Source: Camelus ferus
Lineage: Eukaryota
DNA: 64,000 bases
NCBI RefSeq assembly: GCF_009834535.1
Contig: NC_045707.1
Location: 52,082,001-52,146,000, forward strand
Reading direction: 5' to 3'
Numbering within the stretch: position 1 is the first letter of the stretch; each line of letters opens with the position of its first letter. The translations under genes and the position numbers were made by a program. Positions 41,385-53,899 of this stretch are shown here, piece after piece. Below the pieces are notes generated by a model, which saw only the letters and a program-made list of their open reading frames with translations, searched no databases and was not told the origin of the DNA.

Positions 41385-43676
41385 GATGATACCATTTGCA
41401 AATATTTTCTTCCATTCAATAGGTTGTTTTTTCTTTTTGCTGATAATTTCCTTTGCTATGCCAAAGCTTTTAAGTTTGATTAGATCCCATTTGTTTATTT
41501 TTATTTTTGTTTCTTTTGCCTTAGGAGACAGATACAGAAAGATATTGCTATGATTTAGATCATAGTGTTCTGCCTATGTTCTCTTCTAGAAGTTTTATGG
41601 GTTCAGGTCTTACTATTAGGTCTTTAATCCACTTTGAGTTTATTTTTTTATATGGCTTGACTGTTCTAATTATTCTGCTTGTAGCTGTCCAGTTTTCCCA
41701 GCACCACTTATTAAATAGATTGTTTTTTCTCCATTGTATATTCTTGACTCCTTTTCTATAGATTAACTAACCATAGGTGTGTGGGTTTATTTCCAGGCCC
41801 TCTGGCTCTTTATTATATTCTACTGGTCTATGTGTCTATTTTTGTGCCAGTACCATGCCGTTTTGATTACTGTTCCTTTGTAGTATAGTCTGAAGTCTGG
41901 GAGTATGATACCTCTAGCTTTACTCTTTTTTCTCAAGATTACTTTAGCAATTCAGAGTTTTGTGGTTCCATGTAAATTTCAGGATTATTTACTCTTATGA
42001 AAAATATCATGGATATTTTGATGGTGATTGCATTAAATCTATAGACTGCTTTTTTTAGTCTAGCTATTTTAGTAATATTAATTCTTTTGATCCAAGGGCA
42101 CAGGATTTCTTTTCATTTCTTTGTATTATCTTCAACTTCCTTCATCAGTGTTCTATAGATTTCAGAGTATAGGCCTTCGACCTCCTTGGTTAAGTTTATT
42201 CTTGGTATTTTATTCTTTTGGATGCAACTTCAAATAGAATTTTTTAACTTTCTTTGATGATAATTTTTATTATGAATGAATATTGAATTTTGTCAAATAC
42301 CTTTTCTGTGTCTATTGAGATAATCTTATAATTTTTATCCTTCCTTTTGTTAATGTGGTGTATCACACTGATTTTGAATGTTAAACCATCCTCATGTCCC
42401 TAGAATAAATTCCACTTGATCATGGTGTATAATCCTTTTTATATATTGTTGGATTCAGTTTCCTAATATATAAACAGCTCATACAACACAATATCAAAAA
42501 AATAAAATAAAAAATTAGGTAGAATTGAGATTTGCAAATGTTAACCACTATATATAAAAATAGACTTAAAAAAAAGTTTCTTCTGTATAGCACAGGGAAC
42601 TATATTCAATATCTTTCAATAACCTCTAATGAAAAAGAATATGAAAATGAAAAAAATTAAAAATAAAAATAAACTTAGTGTAGGGATTGCTGCAAAAAAA
42701 AAAAAAAATTAGGCAGATGAATAGATGTTTTTCCAAAGAAGACATACAGATGGATAACAGGCACATGAAAAGTTGTTCAGCATCACTAATTATTAGAGAA
42801 ATGCATATCAAAAGAACAATGAGATACCACCTCACCCCTAAAGGATAGCTATCATTAAAAAGTCTGCAAATAACAAATGTTGGAGAAAATGTGGAGAAGA
42901 GGGAACACTTTTATACTGCTGATGGGAATGTAAATTGGTGCAGTCCTCTGGAAAACAGTATAGAGGTTTCTAGAGAAAACCAAAACTAGAACTACTATAT
43001 GATCTAGCAATTTCACTCCTGGGTATATATCTAAAAAAAAAAAAAAAACAGAAACATTAATTGGTAAAGATACACACACATCAATATTCATCATAGTACT
43101 ATTTACGGTAGACTAGATATGGAAGCAACCCAAATGCTCATCAACTACATAAAGAGGATGTAGTGTATATTCATATCTATATCTATGTCTATCTCTGTCA
43201 TTATAGATATTGGTGATATAGATACAGATGATGAAATATTTCTCAGCCATAATATAAAAGAATAAAATTCTACCATTGACAGAAACATGGATGGACTTAG
43301 AGAATATTATTCTTAGTGAAATAAGTCAAAGAGTGAAGATAAACACTATGATATCACTTACTTGTGAAATCTAAAAAATAATATAAACAGATGTATAAGT
43401 GAAACAGAAATAGATTAACAGAAATAGAAGACAAACTAGTGGTTACTAGTAGGAAGAGGGAAAGAGGGAGGGCAAATTAAGGGTATGGGATTGAGATAAA
43501 CAAACTACTATGTATAAAATAGATAAGCAACAAGGATACATTGTATAACACAGAAGTATAGCCCATTATCTTTCAATAACTTTTAATGGATTATAATCTG
43601 TAAAAATAATGAATCCCACTGTTACACACTTGAAACTAATATAATATTGTAAATCAACTACAGTTCAATAAAAAAT
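41385..43676 (+). mobile_element. 5'-inverted (twin-primed) L1
   Basis: Antisense ORF2 41385-~42467, then sense ORF2 C-terminus and 3'UTR from ~42465 to the A-tail at ~43676. The two parts are nearly contiguous in L1 coordinates. Confidence 0.9.
42524..42708 (+). mobile_element. Nested younger L1 3'UTR fragment with 20-nt non-L1 tag, poly(A) and TSD
   Basis: 'ttgagatttgcaaatg…ctgtatagcacagggaactatattcaatatc…gaaaaagaatatgaaaatg', AATAAA (42668-42673), 'cttagtgtagggattgctgc', A15. Flanks aaaaaattaggtaga and aaaaaattaggcaga. Confidence 0.8.
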
Positions 43677-45389
43677 CTACATATATGTGTATATGTGATT
43701 TTGTCTCTAAATTAGTTATTACTAACTTTTGACAACATTCTCTTTGCTGTTTAGCAATTAAGCTGTGAACATCTAAAAAGTTAAAAAGGCCATGTATTCA
43801 CTTCCCACTTAAGAAAGTGCAGATAAGTAAATAATTTGGATTACCAAGAAAAGTTGGAAAAGCTGTTTGAAATTTATATTGGCAATTAATTTTTTATTAT
43901 GATCAAATTTGCTAAAGGGTTATATGATATTGAGCATCTGTGATTATTTGAATTTTGGAGTTTGTATATCTACTTCTTAAAATATATTTAAACTAAAGGC
44001 ATAAATGTATCTTATTATGTATTGTATTTAAACATATTCATAAAAGCATGCTTTTTAATGACAAATTCATTAATATTCCTTTTTTTCAAAATTTGTTTTG
44101 GAACCTTAGTAATTTTATTTCATTTTATATACCATTTTTTCATTCATCTTCCAGTGTATATAAAAACCTAGTAATTGAAAATATCAATGCATAGAGTAAA
44201 TTTTAATAATGAAAATACTAGGTGAGAAACATGTTTCATTCAACAAAGCAGATGTAGTAAATTGAAGATCATGATTTGATCCTATTAAATAGCTATAAAT
44301 TATAAAAGTAACTAGTGTCCTCTGAAAAGTAAAATAACAACTTATATTTTAGAAGGACACAAAATACCATGTGTCAAAAATACTACCACAAAATATTATT
44401 TGGGCACAAAAATACTATTCTGGTACCTTATTTAATTTTCAGGTCCTGGATATATTCTGACCAATTTCTATTTGACCTAAAGAAGGTTGTAGTAAATGTA
44501 AGCTCCAATTTGCTGAATGTGCTATTTGCTATTAAAGTAAAACATACTTTAAATTATTTTATTAAATTGGATTGCAAATTCAATTCCTTTTAAAACAGGA
44601 ATTGTTCCTAATAAAAATGATTTTTGAGTATGAAGTTACCTCTCCATCCTTGTTTTGCAAAGATTATGGGCAGCTTTTAATAAAACTGCTAACACCTCTA
44701 TCCCTATAATATTATATACTCAAGAGAAGGAGATACAAAGTAAAAATGTGCAACATATTTTACTCAATTGGCTATAAACTCTCTGATGCATTTCCAGGTG
44801 CTGAAAATAGGCTTCCTTGATGCATTTCAGGAATAAATCCTTTGTATCTGATTAAAATGCAGATAAGCATCATAAACTATTGTAATTTGAAAGGACTGAA
44901 CTCATGCTGCAATCTGCCTCCATCTGCTTTCAGGTGTAAAGCAGGAGGGAGTTTTGATGAGAGTATCACTGAATCCAACTGAGGTTAAAATTCAGAAAAT
45001 TAAACATGCCAGTCTGATCTTCCCAATATTTTTGTTTCTGCATTTATGTTATTTTTTTGTGTGCCTGTGTAGGTTTAGAACATCTGCATAATCATATCAC
45101 TGTTTATTATGACAAAGTGTGTTAAAAATTTTTTTTTCACAAATATGGTGCCATACATGTATGGGGGAAAGAAACAGCTAAAATTACTGGCAGAGTTTTG
45201 AAAGAGCTTTGGAATTAAATTGACTGCCATGGGCTCATTTCTTCAATAAAGTGTTTACCTCTTCCAACATTTTTCAGCAAATATGAAAGCAGTAAATTGA
45301 AGCCATACCTAGTGAGCAGGAACCAGTTAAATAGCAGATGCTCAGCTGAAAGTCATTGCTGCTGGGGTGGGAGCAGAGAGACAGGGGCT

Positions 45390-45590
45390 TTGGAGAAGAT
45401 GAACTTAGGTATGAAACCTAAGTCTTCTGCCTAATAATTATGTGGTTCATGGGAATTCTTAAATTTTCTCTGAGCTTCAACTTTATCTTTGATAAATGGT
45501 CATGATTCTTACGCATCTGTCAGGTTTATGAGAGGATCGTGATTAGAAATCACCTAGTGGAGTGTCTGTATGCTGCTGGTGTGAAATGCA
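45390..45590 (+). mobile_element. MIR SINE, decayed
   Basis: 'ggctttggag…aacctaagtcttctgcc…ttcttaaattttctctgagcttcaactttatctt…gtttatgagaggatc'. Confidence 0.55.
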
Positions 45591-46539
45591 TGGTGGCCTG
45601 TTTTCACTCTGGTTGTTATCTACAACTGTTCTGTAGACCTTTGTTAAAGGTAATGAGAACGAGGCATCATCAGTATTCAACAGTGTCACTGAGCTTATTC
45701 CCATGCTTCTAAAAGTCCTCTGTAGTAATTTTCACATTTTGTATCTTTTGTCTTCCTATGAATAATAAAATACAGAAGCATATTCTGAATCATTAAATAA
45801 CTGTCTAATATTAGGGCCTGGACTTTTGTTTGTGCTTAGAAACATTTTACTTCCAAGTAGTGTTATTTTCAAATGTTCAGGCTATTTGGAAGATTATGGA
45901 GATGGTCTTCACGATGCCTTACAGAGAAGTGACAGTGATAGCATGGTATGCTCTAGATTGGATAAAGGTTTCATAGGTGAAAGAAGCTGAGAATAGGGCC
46001 ATCACGTGATCTACTGGAGTGTGAAGAGGCCAGTCCCGTAAGAAAAGGAACCATTGCCATCAGTACCATTGACCCACTGAAAATGGCACTTTAACTTCAG
46101 ACCAAATCATCATTTAGCATATTTAATTAATGCCATTTGTGTTAATATTACAATTTTGCAAAGTATAAATTTATTCAAAGACCATTTTGCATTTCATGTT
46201 ATATAGAAGCCATAATCATAAGAAAAGTAAAAAAACCCTAGTTTTATGCATTATATATATCTAAATAATGTTTAAATGAAAATTAACTCTAGAAGCATGA
46301 AAGAATTTTGCATTAGAATCATTTTTCTAGTTCTGCAGATAAACTGAAATGCATTAATAAATAATTTTGAACAATTAAAAACAGCTATCTCTTTGAAAGA
46401 AAGAAAAAGTCCCATTTTATACTATATATGAGGCTTAAAAAATAAAGCAATATTAAAATACAGCACAAGAATATATATCTACAGTACAGATTATATAATA
46501 TTAAATTTGTATTTGGTAAAAAAAAAAACTATAACCAAA

Positions 46540-47460
46540 GACAAATAACAAATGAAAGACTAAAATTGAGTAAACTGTACTTAATTGCCTTTGGTAGATC
46601 AAAAGTTGTCACAAATTGACAAATACATATAGTTTGACCTAATATTTGTGATATTTATCACATAAGGATTTAATATTTCCACTTTATACCCAAAATTATA
46701 CATGTTAATGAAATGGCGAAAATGACCATAACAAAAACCAGTAAGGAATATAATGAGGAAATTCACAGAAAAGAAAATGCAAATGGTCTTCTAATGAAAG
46801 TGGGTTCCACCGCACTAGGACGTCAAGGACAAGATGATTGAAACAATGAGATCTTTAAAAAAAAATCGGGTTGACAGAAATCTGAAAGATTGATCATATT
46901 CAGTGTAGCCAAGGATGTCTGAGAACCACAACTTCCATCCAGTGGAATTGGACATTACTCCAAGCTTTGTGGAATTTGTCCAGCATTTTTAAACACTGAA
47001 GTGCACATAGCCACTGAACCAGTATCTCATCTGGGCCTTTATCCAGTAGAAATTGAAGTGTTGTTGCATATAAATAATGTACTGCAAGGAGTTTTACTAT
47101 ATTTTACTTGAAATAAAATAAATAAAAGCAAAAGCAATCTCAATATCTATCAGTAGGAAATAGTGAATAAATCATGATGAATCAATCTCAGAGGTTAGCT
47201 TCTATATGTTTATTTTGAGAAAAATTCATTGTCCAGTGAGCAAAGCATAGAATAATGTTTTCCTATAATTTTTTTAAAAAACTTATGCTTATATAAAAAC
47301 CTTGAAAATATACCTTCCAAATTGTTACTGTCTAGTAAGAAATGGGATTTTGGTAGAAGAAGATGATAATTTTAATATACTTAATACTTTTGTGTTGTTG
47401 ACCTGGGTACAATATGCAATATTACTGGAAATAAATATATACATCAATTTAAGAATATGA
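46540..47460 (+). mobile_element. Old L1 (L1ME-like) ORF2 end/3' region
   Basis: 'ggaaattcacagaaaagaaaatgcaaatgg', 'ttggcagaaat/aaagattgat…cagtgtagccaaggatgt', 'aatatctatcagtagga'. Confidence 0.6.
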
Positions 47461-48551
47461 AAGAAAAATTGCAAAGAACTTCCTTCTTTTACGTGTCTTT
47501 ATTGTTCAATTTATCTGCATTAAAAATTTTCTAAGATTGTGAATGCTGAGTCAAAGAAGAACTATTAAATGTTTAATCATATGGCCAAATTCCATTAAAA
47601 ATATTTTACCATTCTGTAATGTAATTCCTATTGGCAGAATTAACAAATGTAACCTCAACAGCAGTCCTCATTATATTCCTTTACTTTTTTTTCCCCTAAT
47701 CTAACAGGCAACACTTTATTCCTCTGTGTCTTGTTTGTATTTCACATACTTGACAAATACATAACACTCAACCCTTGAATAGATATCCATTGGATTATTA
47801 GTGAGATTTAAATTATTTCATAGAATATTTGAGTTATATATTTCTTCCTTTTGATTATAACATGTATCAAGTTATCTACTGAGAATTCTTGATTTGTATT
47901 CTTTAAATATCTGAAAATAATACACATTGAACTTGTACTGCTATTTCATTTGTAATGTAAGGTAAAGGGAGAGACTGAAAGCTAGCTGCTAAATAATTTT
48001 GAATGATTTCTGAATATTAAAGATTGCATAGAATTAAGAAAGTTGAGACTCTTCTAGGAATATAATAGACATTGCATTTTAAAATATATTTTTTCACATT
48101 GGAGAGCAATAAACAATTGTATGCAAATAATTTATTTTTTATTGATTTTTATTCTTAATATTTTGAACTATTCATGAAGGATAATTGAATTCATGTGCAG
48201 AATATATTTTCACAGAAAGACTGCTTAAATAAGCTAAAACTGCTAACAAAATGCAATAAAGGAATAGTTAAACTTTTTGGACTGTTTAAATACAGTATTA
48301 AACTTAAAAATGCAAAGCTTGAAGGCCAGTGTTAGTATTTATTAGCAGATGTGTTGACCCTGATAAATAGAGTTCAGATTTTGGTTATTCAGTAGCAGAT
48401 ACCATCACTGAAATGAAGAAAGAGCTAAAATAAAGAGCTCAGACTGAAAGGAGTTTTGCCTTTAAAATGGGTTACTGCTGCCAATGGTTTTGTTTATTAC
48501 TTTTGTTATTGAGAGAAAAGTCACTGAATATTTCATTTGCTTTCTTTTCAG

Positions 48552-48571
48552 GAGACGTTTTGATAGCCCGA
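48552..48571 (+). other. Candidate 20-nt microexon of an unidentified host gene
   Basis: Acceptor 'tttcatttgctttcttttcag' | GAGACGTTTTGATAGCCCGA | donor 'gtgagt'. Two CpGs in 20 nt within CpG-poor DNA; no repeat recognised in the flanks. Confidence 0.55.
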
Positions 48572-50424
48572 GTGAGTGTCCCTTTATGGGAAACTCATTT
48601 CCTCAAAACTCATTTTAAAGTAAATCCAAGAGATCTGAAGTCCCCAAGGGTCTTTTACTTTGTTCTCTACTTTCTTAGTATTTCATGTGAAATATGTAGT
48701 CCTGAAGGCATAATGCTATTTAAAACACAAATTTTCTGAAAACTTCTCAGAGAGGAAATATTCTGATTTTGATTTTCTAAAATTTTATATGAAAGAGGTC
48801 ATTGCCTCTTTGAAATAGTTTGTGTGAGCCAGAGGCAATTTAATACAATTTTAATGTCCTTATTTTCCCTTTCATATTCTTGCCCAGTTTGAGCCATTTT
48901 CTTATCTGTGTTTAAACGTGCCAAGAGAAGTAGTATGTTATTATTTATGTAGTTTTTAACTGTAAAAAGTTCTAAGCTTGAAATACCTCATTTTAATTGA
49001 CTTGCTCGGTTAATATGAAAAAAATTGGACTGCTGTTGAGGTTACATTTAATTCTGCCATCACCAGGTACAGTCAGGGAACCGTTTGGTCTGTGTAAACC
49101 TCGGTGTCCTTAGGACTTAATTTCTCCATTCATAAGCTAAACATAATTGAATCCGCCCTTTAGGTATCACAATGCTGGAGAATACTTGACTAGACTGTCA
49201 TGTCAGATGATTGCTTTAGTGCATAGTAAATATTTAGATATCAACAAAATTACCTTCTGGGATGAAAGATTGGAGAGAAGTTTAATTCACTATACTTTTT
49301 ATTAACCAATAACTAACAGGAAAACAAGATTAAAATACTCCAAATCCTACCGTTCTGTCAAATCAGCTACAGTGACATTTCTGTTCCCTTCCAACTGTTT
49401 TCCAGTTGAATTCATGAATTTTACATATTTGTAATCAGAGTATAGGCACAATTGGATTTCATTCAATCTTGAAGCCAAACAGATTGGCCCCAAACAGCAT
49501 TGTTCCTGACTCTGGGTTCCTAACATAAAAACCATAATAAGTTCTCATTGACTCTGCTTCACCTAATGCTGAAATATTTTATTGAAATATTGAATTGTTA
49601 AAAAGTATTACTCATCATTTCACACTGAGTTATAAAATTCACAAAAATATAAACTGTTTCATGAAGACTCTTATTTCTATCCACAGATGCAAGATTTTTC
49701 TTACTCATGAAAATTTGAAAATATTATATATGGTCTTTGTATGTATATATTAATCTTATAACTAACAATAAGGCTCTCTGAGCACATCTCAGATAAACAA
49801 AATCAAATACATATATATTGGGTTATGGAAAGACCTTAATGAATGTGCATTACAATGACCTGAGAACTTGAGGATGTGAGCAAAAACTCCTACTTTTTGT
49901 AGATACTTATCCCAGAAAATCTATTAAGACACTGACCGTATCTTTTCCTATTAATGAAAGGCAGGGCAGAAGACATCAGCCTGAGTTAACTACTAATTAA
50001 AAATCATTCCTATGGATATATTATGCCAGCTTTCTAGAAGGTGAGCACAGTTTTATCTAGGCAACACAGCACATCCACATATCTTGCTTACAACTTGGCT
50101 TAATTTGTAGTTGTGTATTTTTTAACATCAGAAAAATTCTTTAAGATTAGATAAGAATGTGAATGATCATGTGTGGCTTTTCTATGTAATTCAACAGCTA
50201 GTATATTTCTCCAGAAATATTTATTCATAACAGATATATTTGAAGTAAAACCTCCTGAGGGGCAACCAATTAGAGAGAGTGTAATTCTTCTAGATCTATG
50301 ACTGAAGTGAAGACATATTTCAGCAATCATTAGTATACTATTTGAGCGAATCAGCCCAGACCACTTATAAAAAGATTAGATTAGCATTGAGGAGAGAAGC
50401 AATGCAGAGAATCAGAAGGCTGTG

Positions 50425-50936
50425 TGGTACATCTTGGTTTGGTAGTTAGCTTTCAGTTGCAGGAAACAGTTGCTGAAGCAATTCGTGGCAGAAACAGATT
50501 TTAGATAAGAAGTTAGATGCTTACCGATCACTTAAAGGGCCCCTAGGCTTAACACTCAGAACCACTGCATGAAGAACTAGCTTGGCAGGGAGCTGCTCTG
50601 TTTGACTTTAAGGAAAGACCACTGTGGCTAGGTCCCAAGGGCTTGGAAGTCACTGATGCATCAGCTTCCTCTCAAGAACCACACAGTGAGTAGACACAGG
50701 CCTCCTTTGCAGAAAACCACAACAATTCGGTGCTTTTCTGCAGTAAAAGCTAAAGCAAAAGAGGAACCATCTCTCCGTACTTCTGCCTTCTAGATCTCAC
50801 ACTATGCATTCTAATGTCAGTATCTAATGCAAACTCAGAAACCTAAGTAAAAGAGAGTATTGGGAAATAGTTTTGTTTTCTAGCCTCCAGAAACAATGCA
50901 AATAATGCTAAGTGCCAATCCACTATTCCTGGCACA
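50425..50936 (-). mobile_element. Old MaLR LTR (MLT1-family), decayed
   Basis: 'ttagctttcagttgcaggaaacag' start and 'gggaaatagttttgttttctagcctcc' near the end resemble antisense old MLT1. Confidence 0.5.
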
Positions 50937-51464
50937 CTTGGTGTACTTTTAATTCTTTATGATATCTGAATATATACCAGGTAGGTTAATGATATGTCCT
51001 GGGTTGCTTGGAGCAGTACTGAGATGTGTCTGTCATTCCACCATAATTATAAATTGTGCCCCCTTTTACTCTTAATGAGTTCTGGTTTGGAAGATAAACT
51101 CCATATGCACTTTACCTTTGTATCTGTATATCTTACCCTTCAGGGTACAATAAGGAAAGAGGGAAATGCCAGCTAACTGGTCACATCTTATTCTTCAACA
51201 CCCAAAATAAGACTATGAAGGAATTGTTAGCATTTTAGCTTAGCAAAGATGTAAGACTTGGAGATGATAATAACTAGCCCACCATGGTCACACAGAAAAT
51301 AAGAGATAAACCGGGAGTGATTTTAAATTTAAGCCTGTCCAACTTCCAAGGACGTGATTATTGGTTAATTATGTGGCTGTTAACTATAATCAATTCTGTA
51401 CTGATAACTGTTGTTTCTGTCAAATTTATCATGGACTTTAAGCATTTTATTTTCATGCATTATT

Positions 51465-51870
51465 CATTAATTAATTCCACAAGTACTATTTGAGCACCTA
51501 CTCTGAGCCAAACATTGATCTGTGCCCTAGGAATATAGTGATAGACCAAACAGACAAAAATTCTTACCCCTGTGAAGCCTACTATCTAGAGAGATGACAT
51601 CTATTAAAAAATAAAAAGACTAAATATATCAAATGATAAAAAGTGCTAAAGAGGAAAATACAGCAGATAGGCATGATAGGGGAAGCTGAGGTTGGGGTTG
51701 CTATTTAAATTGGGACAGTCACTGATAAAATACAGTTTCATTAGATAATGAAATACTCAAGTTATCATGAAGGTATCTGTACAAGAACAATTAAGGCTAA
51801 AGCATACATATTGTGGCAAGAGTGAGTTTGGAGAGTCTGAAGGAGAGCAAGGAGGTCATGGATGAATAAG
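51465..51870 (-). mobile_element. L2a LINE 3' end
   Basis: 'tatttgagcacctactctgagcca…ctaggaatatagtga…aaacagacaaaaattcttaccc…gaagcctactatctag'. Confidence 0.8.
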
Positions 51871-53899
51871 AGCCCTGGGTAACCTAAGGCTTTAGCTTGG
51901 AAGTGAACTAGAAATACACCAGCACACTGGTGTATTTCAACCACCTACAGATATTGTCACTTTCTCAACTTGGTAAAAGAGTATTATTCAAAATACTATT
52001 ATTCATTTATAAAAATGGGTAATACACATACATATTATCTAACTTATTTAATGCTCAAATCCCTCACCAAAAAAAAATACAATAGTAGAAATGTGGCAAA
52101 GATTCATTGCAATTATAAATACATGTGCCTAGTACACACTACTTGCTCAATCAATGAAGGCAGTTATTATTAGTTAAATGAAGAACAGCTTTTAATCAAA
52201 TAAGCAGCGAAAATTGCTAATTGCATTCACTTTGCTGTTTATGAAGCAAATAACAGGATTATTAAATCTTATGCAAGATTTAATCATGCATCTGTATATG
52301 TACATCATTAGCCTTAAACATTTGAACATGCATAATAGAGAAATCCAGCTGGTTTCAAATATAATGGCTGAAGATATTATAAGATTAAGAGAATTATTTA
52401 ATTGCAAAATAAATTATGGAATTGTTTGGTCTTAGGAAATGTATTCTAGAGTTTAGGTCGAGCAATAACTACTGAGTATCTGTGATGGCTGAGGCTCTAT
52501 GCCAGGTGTTGGCACTGCAAAAATCAGTAAGTATTTGTCAATCAGTAGTATAATTAATCAATAGCAATCACCTGTTAATATGGTAGGTGATAAACTTGGA
52601 GCTCTCATTGGGTACTTTGGAACCCAAAGGAAACATCTCCCTCTGCTTTATCTGGAACTGAAGGCTTATGGATAGAGTCTTTCTGAGCAGGTGGATCCCA
52701 ACTGTCTATCTATGTATCTATGTATCTATTCATCCTAATACATAGATATCCATTTCCTAATTATGTCTGGGAGGTGGGAGAAATTTTAAAATATCCATAT
52801 AAATCAACTTTTTAGGGAAAAAATATAGTATACTGAAGAGAGTTGCTAGGAAAAAATGATTCAAGGTACCCTATGAGAACGTCTGCAGGGGCTAGGTATG
52901 TGACCCAATATGAGAGAGATTTCTTGATTCCTCCTAGGTATGGTGACACTTAGAGGAATAAGGTGTCTGTCTGAGAAACTTGTTAAGAAAGAAAAGTGCA
53001 AGGAATATGTATCGTGTGAAATGTAACTTTATAGGAACATGCAATCAATGAGTTCTGGAAATTGAAGAAATAACCAACATTCTGGGAGACAAATTAAAGT
53101 CAAGCTATTTGAAAAGTAAATAATAAATCCTAAGAAGACAATTTAGATGTGCATATGAGCAGCTCCTTTCTACAACACTGAAATGAATATAGATATTACT
53201 TCCACCATATTTAGTGAACACATACCAATTGCCAAGCCATTCTTTAGAGAGTGGTCAAGAAAGCATACTTTGTTCTTGTCCTCATGAAGCTAAGATTTGG
53301 GGGTGTTGATAGAGGTGGAGGTAGTAGTGGTGATAAGAAAGTCCTGTAAGTATACATTAATAGCAAAAATATACAAAAAAACATCAAATTTAGTTGAATA
53401 AGTGTGTTTTTGAATGTGTGAGAGTGCATGAAATCCAAAGATTACTAAATAAAATGGACTCTAGTTCTCACTCTTCCATAATCTTGAACTGAAGGATCAT
53501 AGGCAAGTTACTTAACTCCTCTGTGCCTTAGTTTTCTTATAGATAAAATGAAAGAAATGCACGACTTTCAGATAACACATTTAGTCCATTCTGTGTTTCA
53601 TATTCTCTAACTGCATTTTGTGTATAAAATATATATCATGTTATGACTACATGTAAAAATTTTAATTATAAGAAAATAATAAAACAGGATTCACTTCAGG
53701 CTTACCTTGTATCAGATTCTGTGATGTTTTATTTATTTATTCTAACCGTCTGATGAGTTAGGTACTACAAGATCTAATCAAAAAACATATGTCAGTTAAG
53801 TAACAAATAAATGCCTCTGTTCTTATAAGGTTTAGAGGAAAGATAAACATTTTCTATCTATACAAAAACTACCCTTCTTGTTTGGATGCATTTACAAGT

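Noticed and set aside
53700..53745. Minus-strand donor AAG|gtaagc with a nearby AG (13-nt exon)
   Set aside because: The upstream region is A-rich rather than pyrimidine-rich, so there is no credible acceptor.
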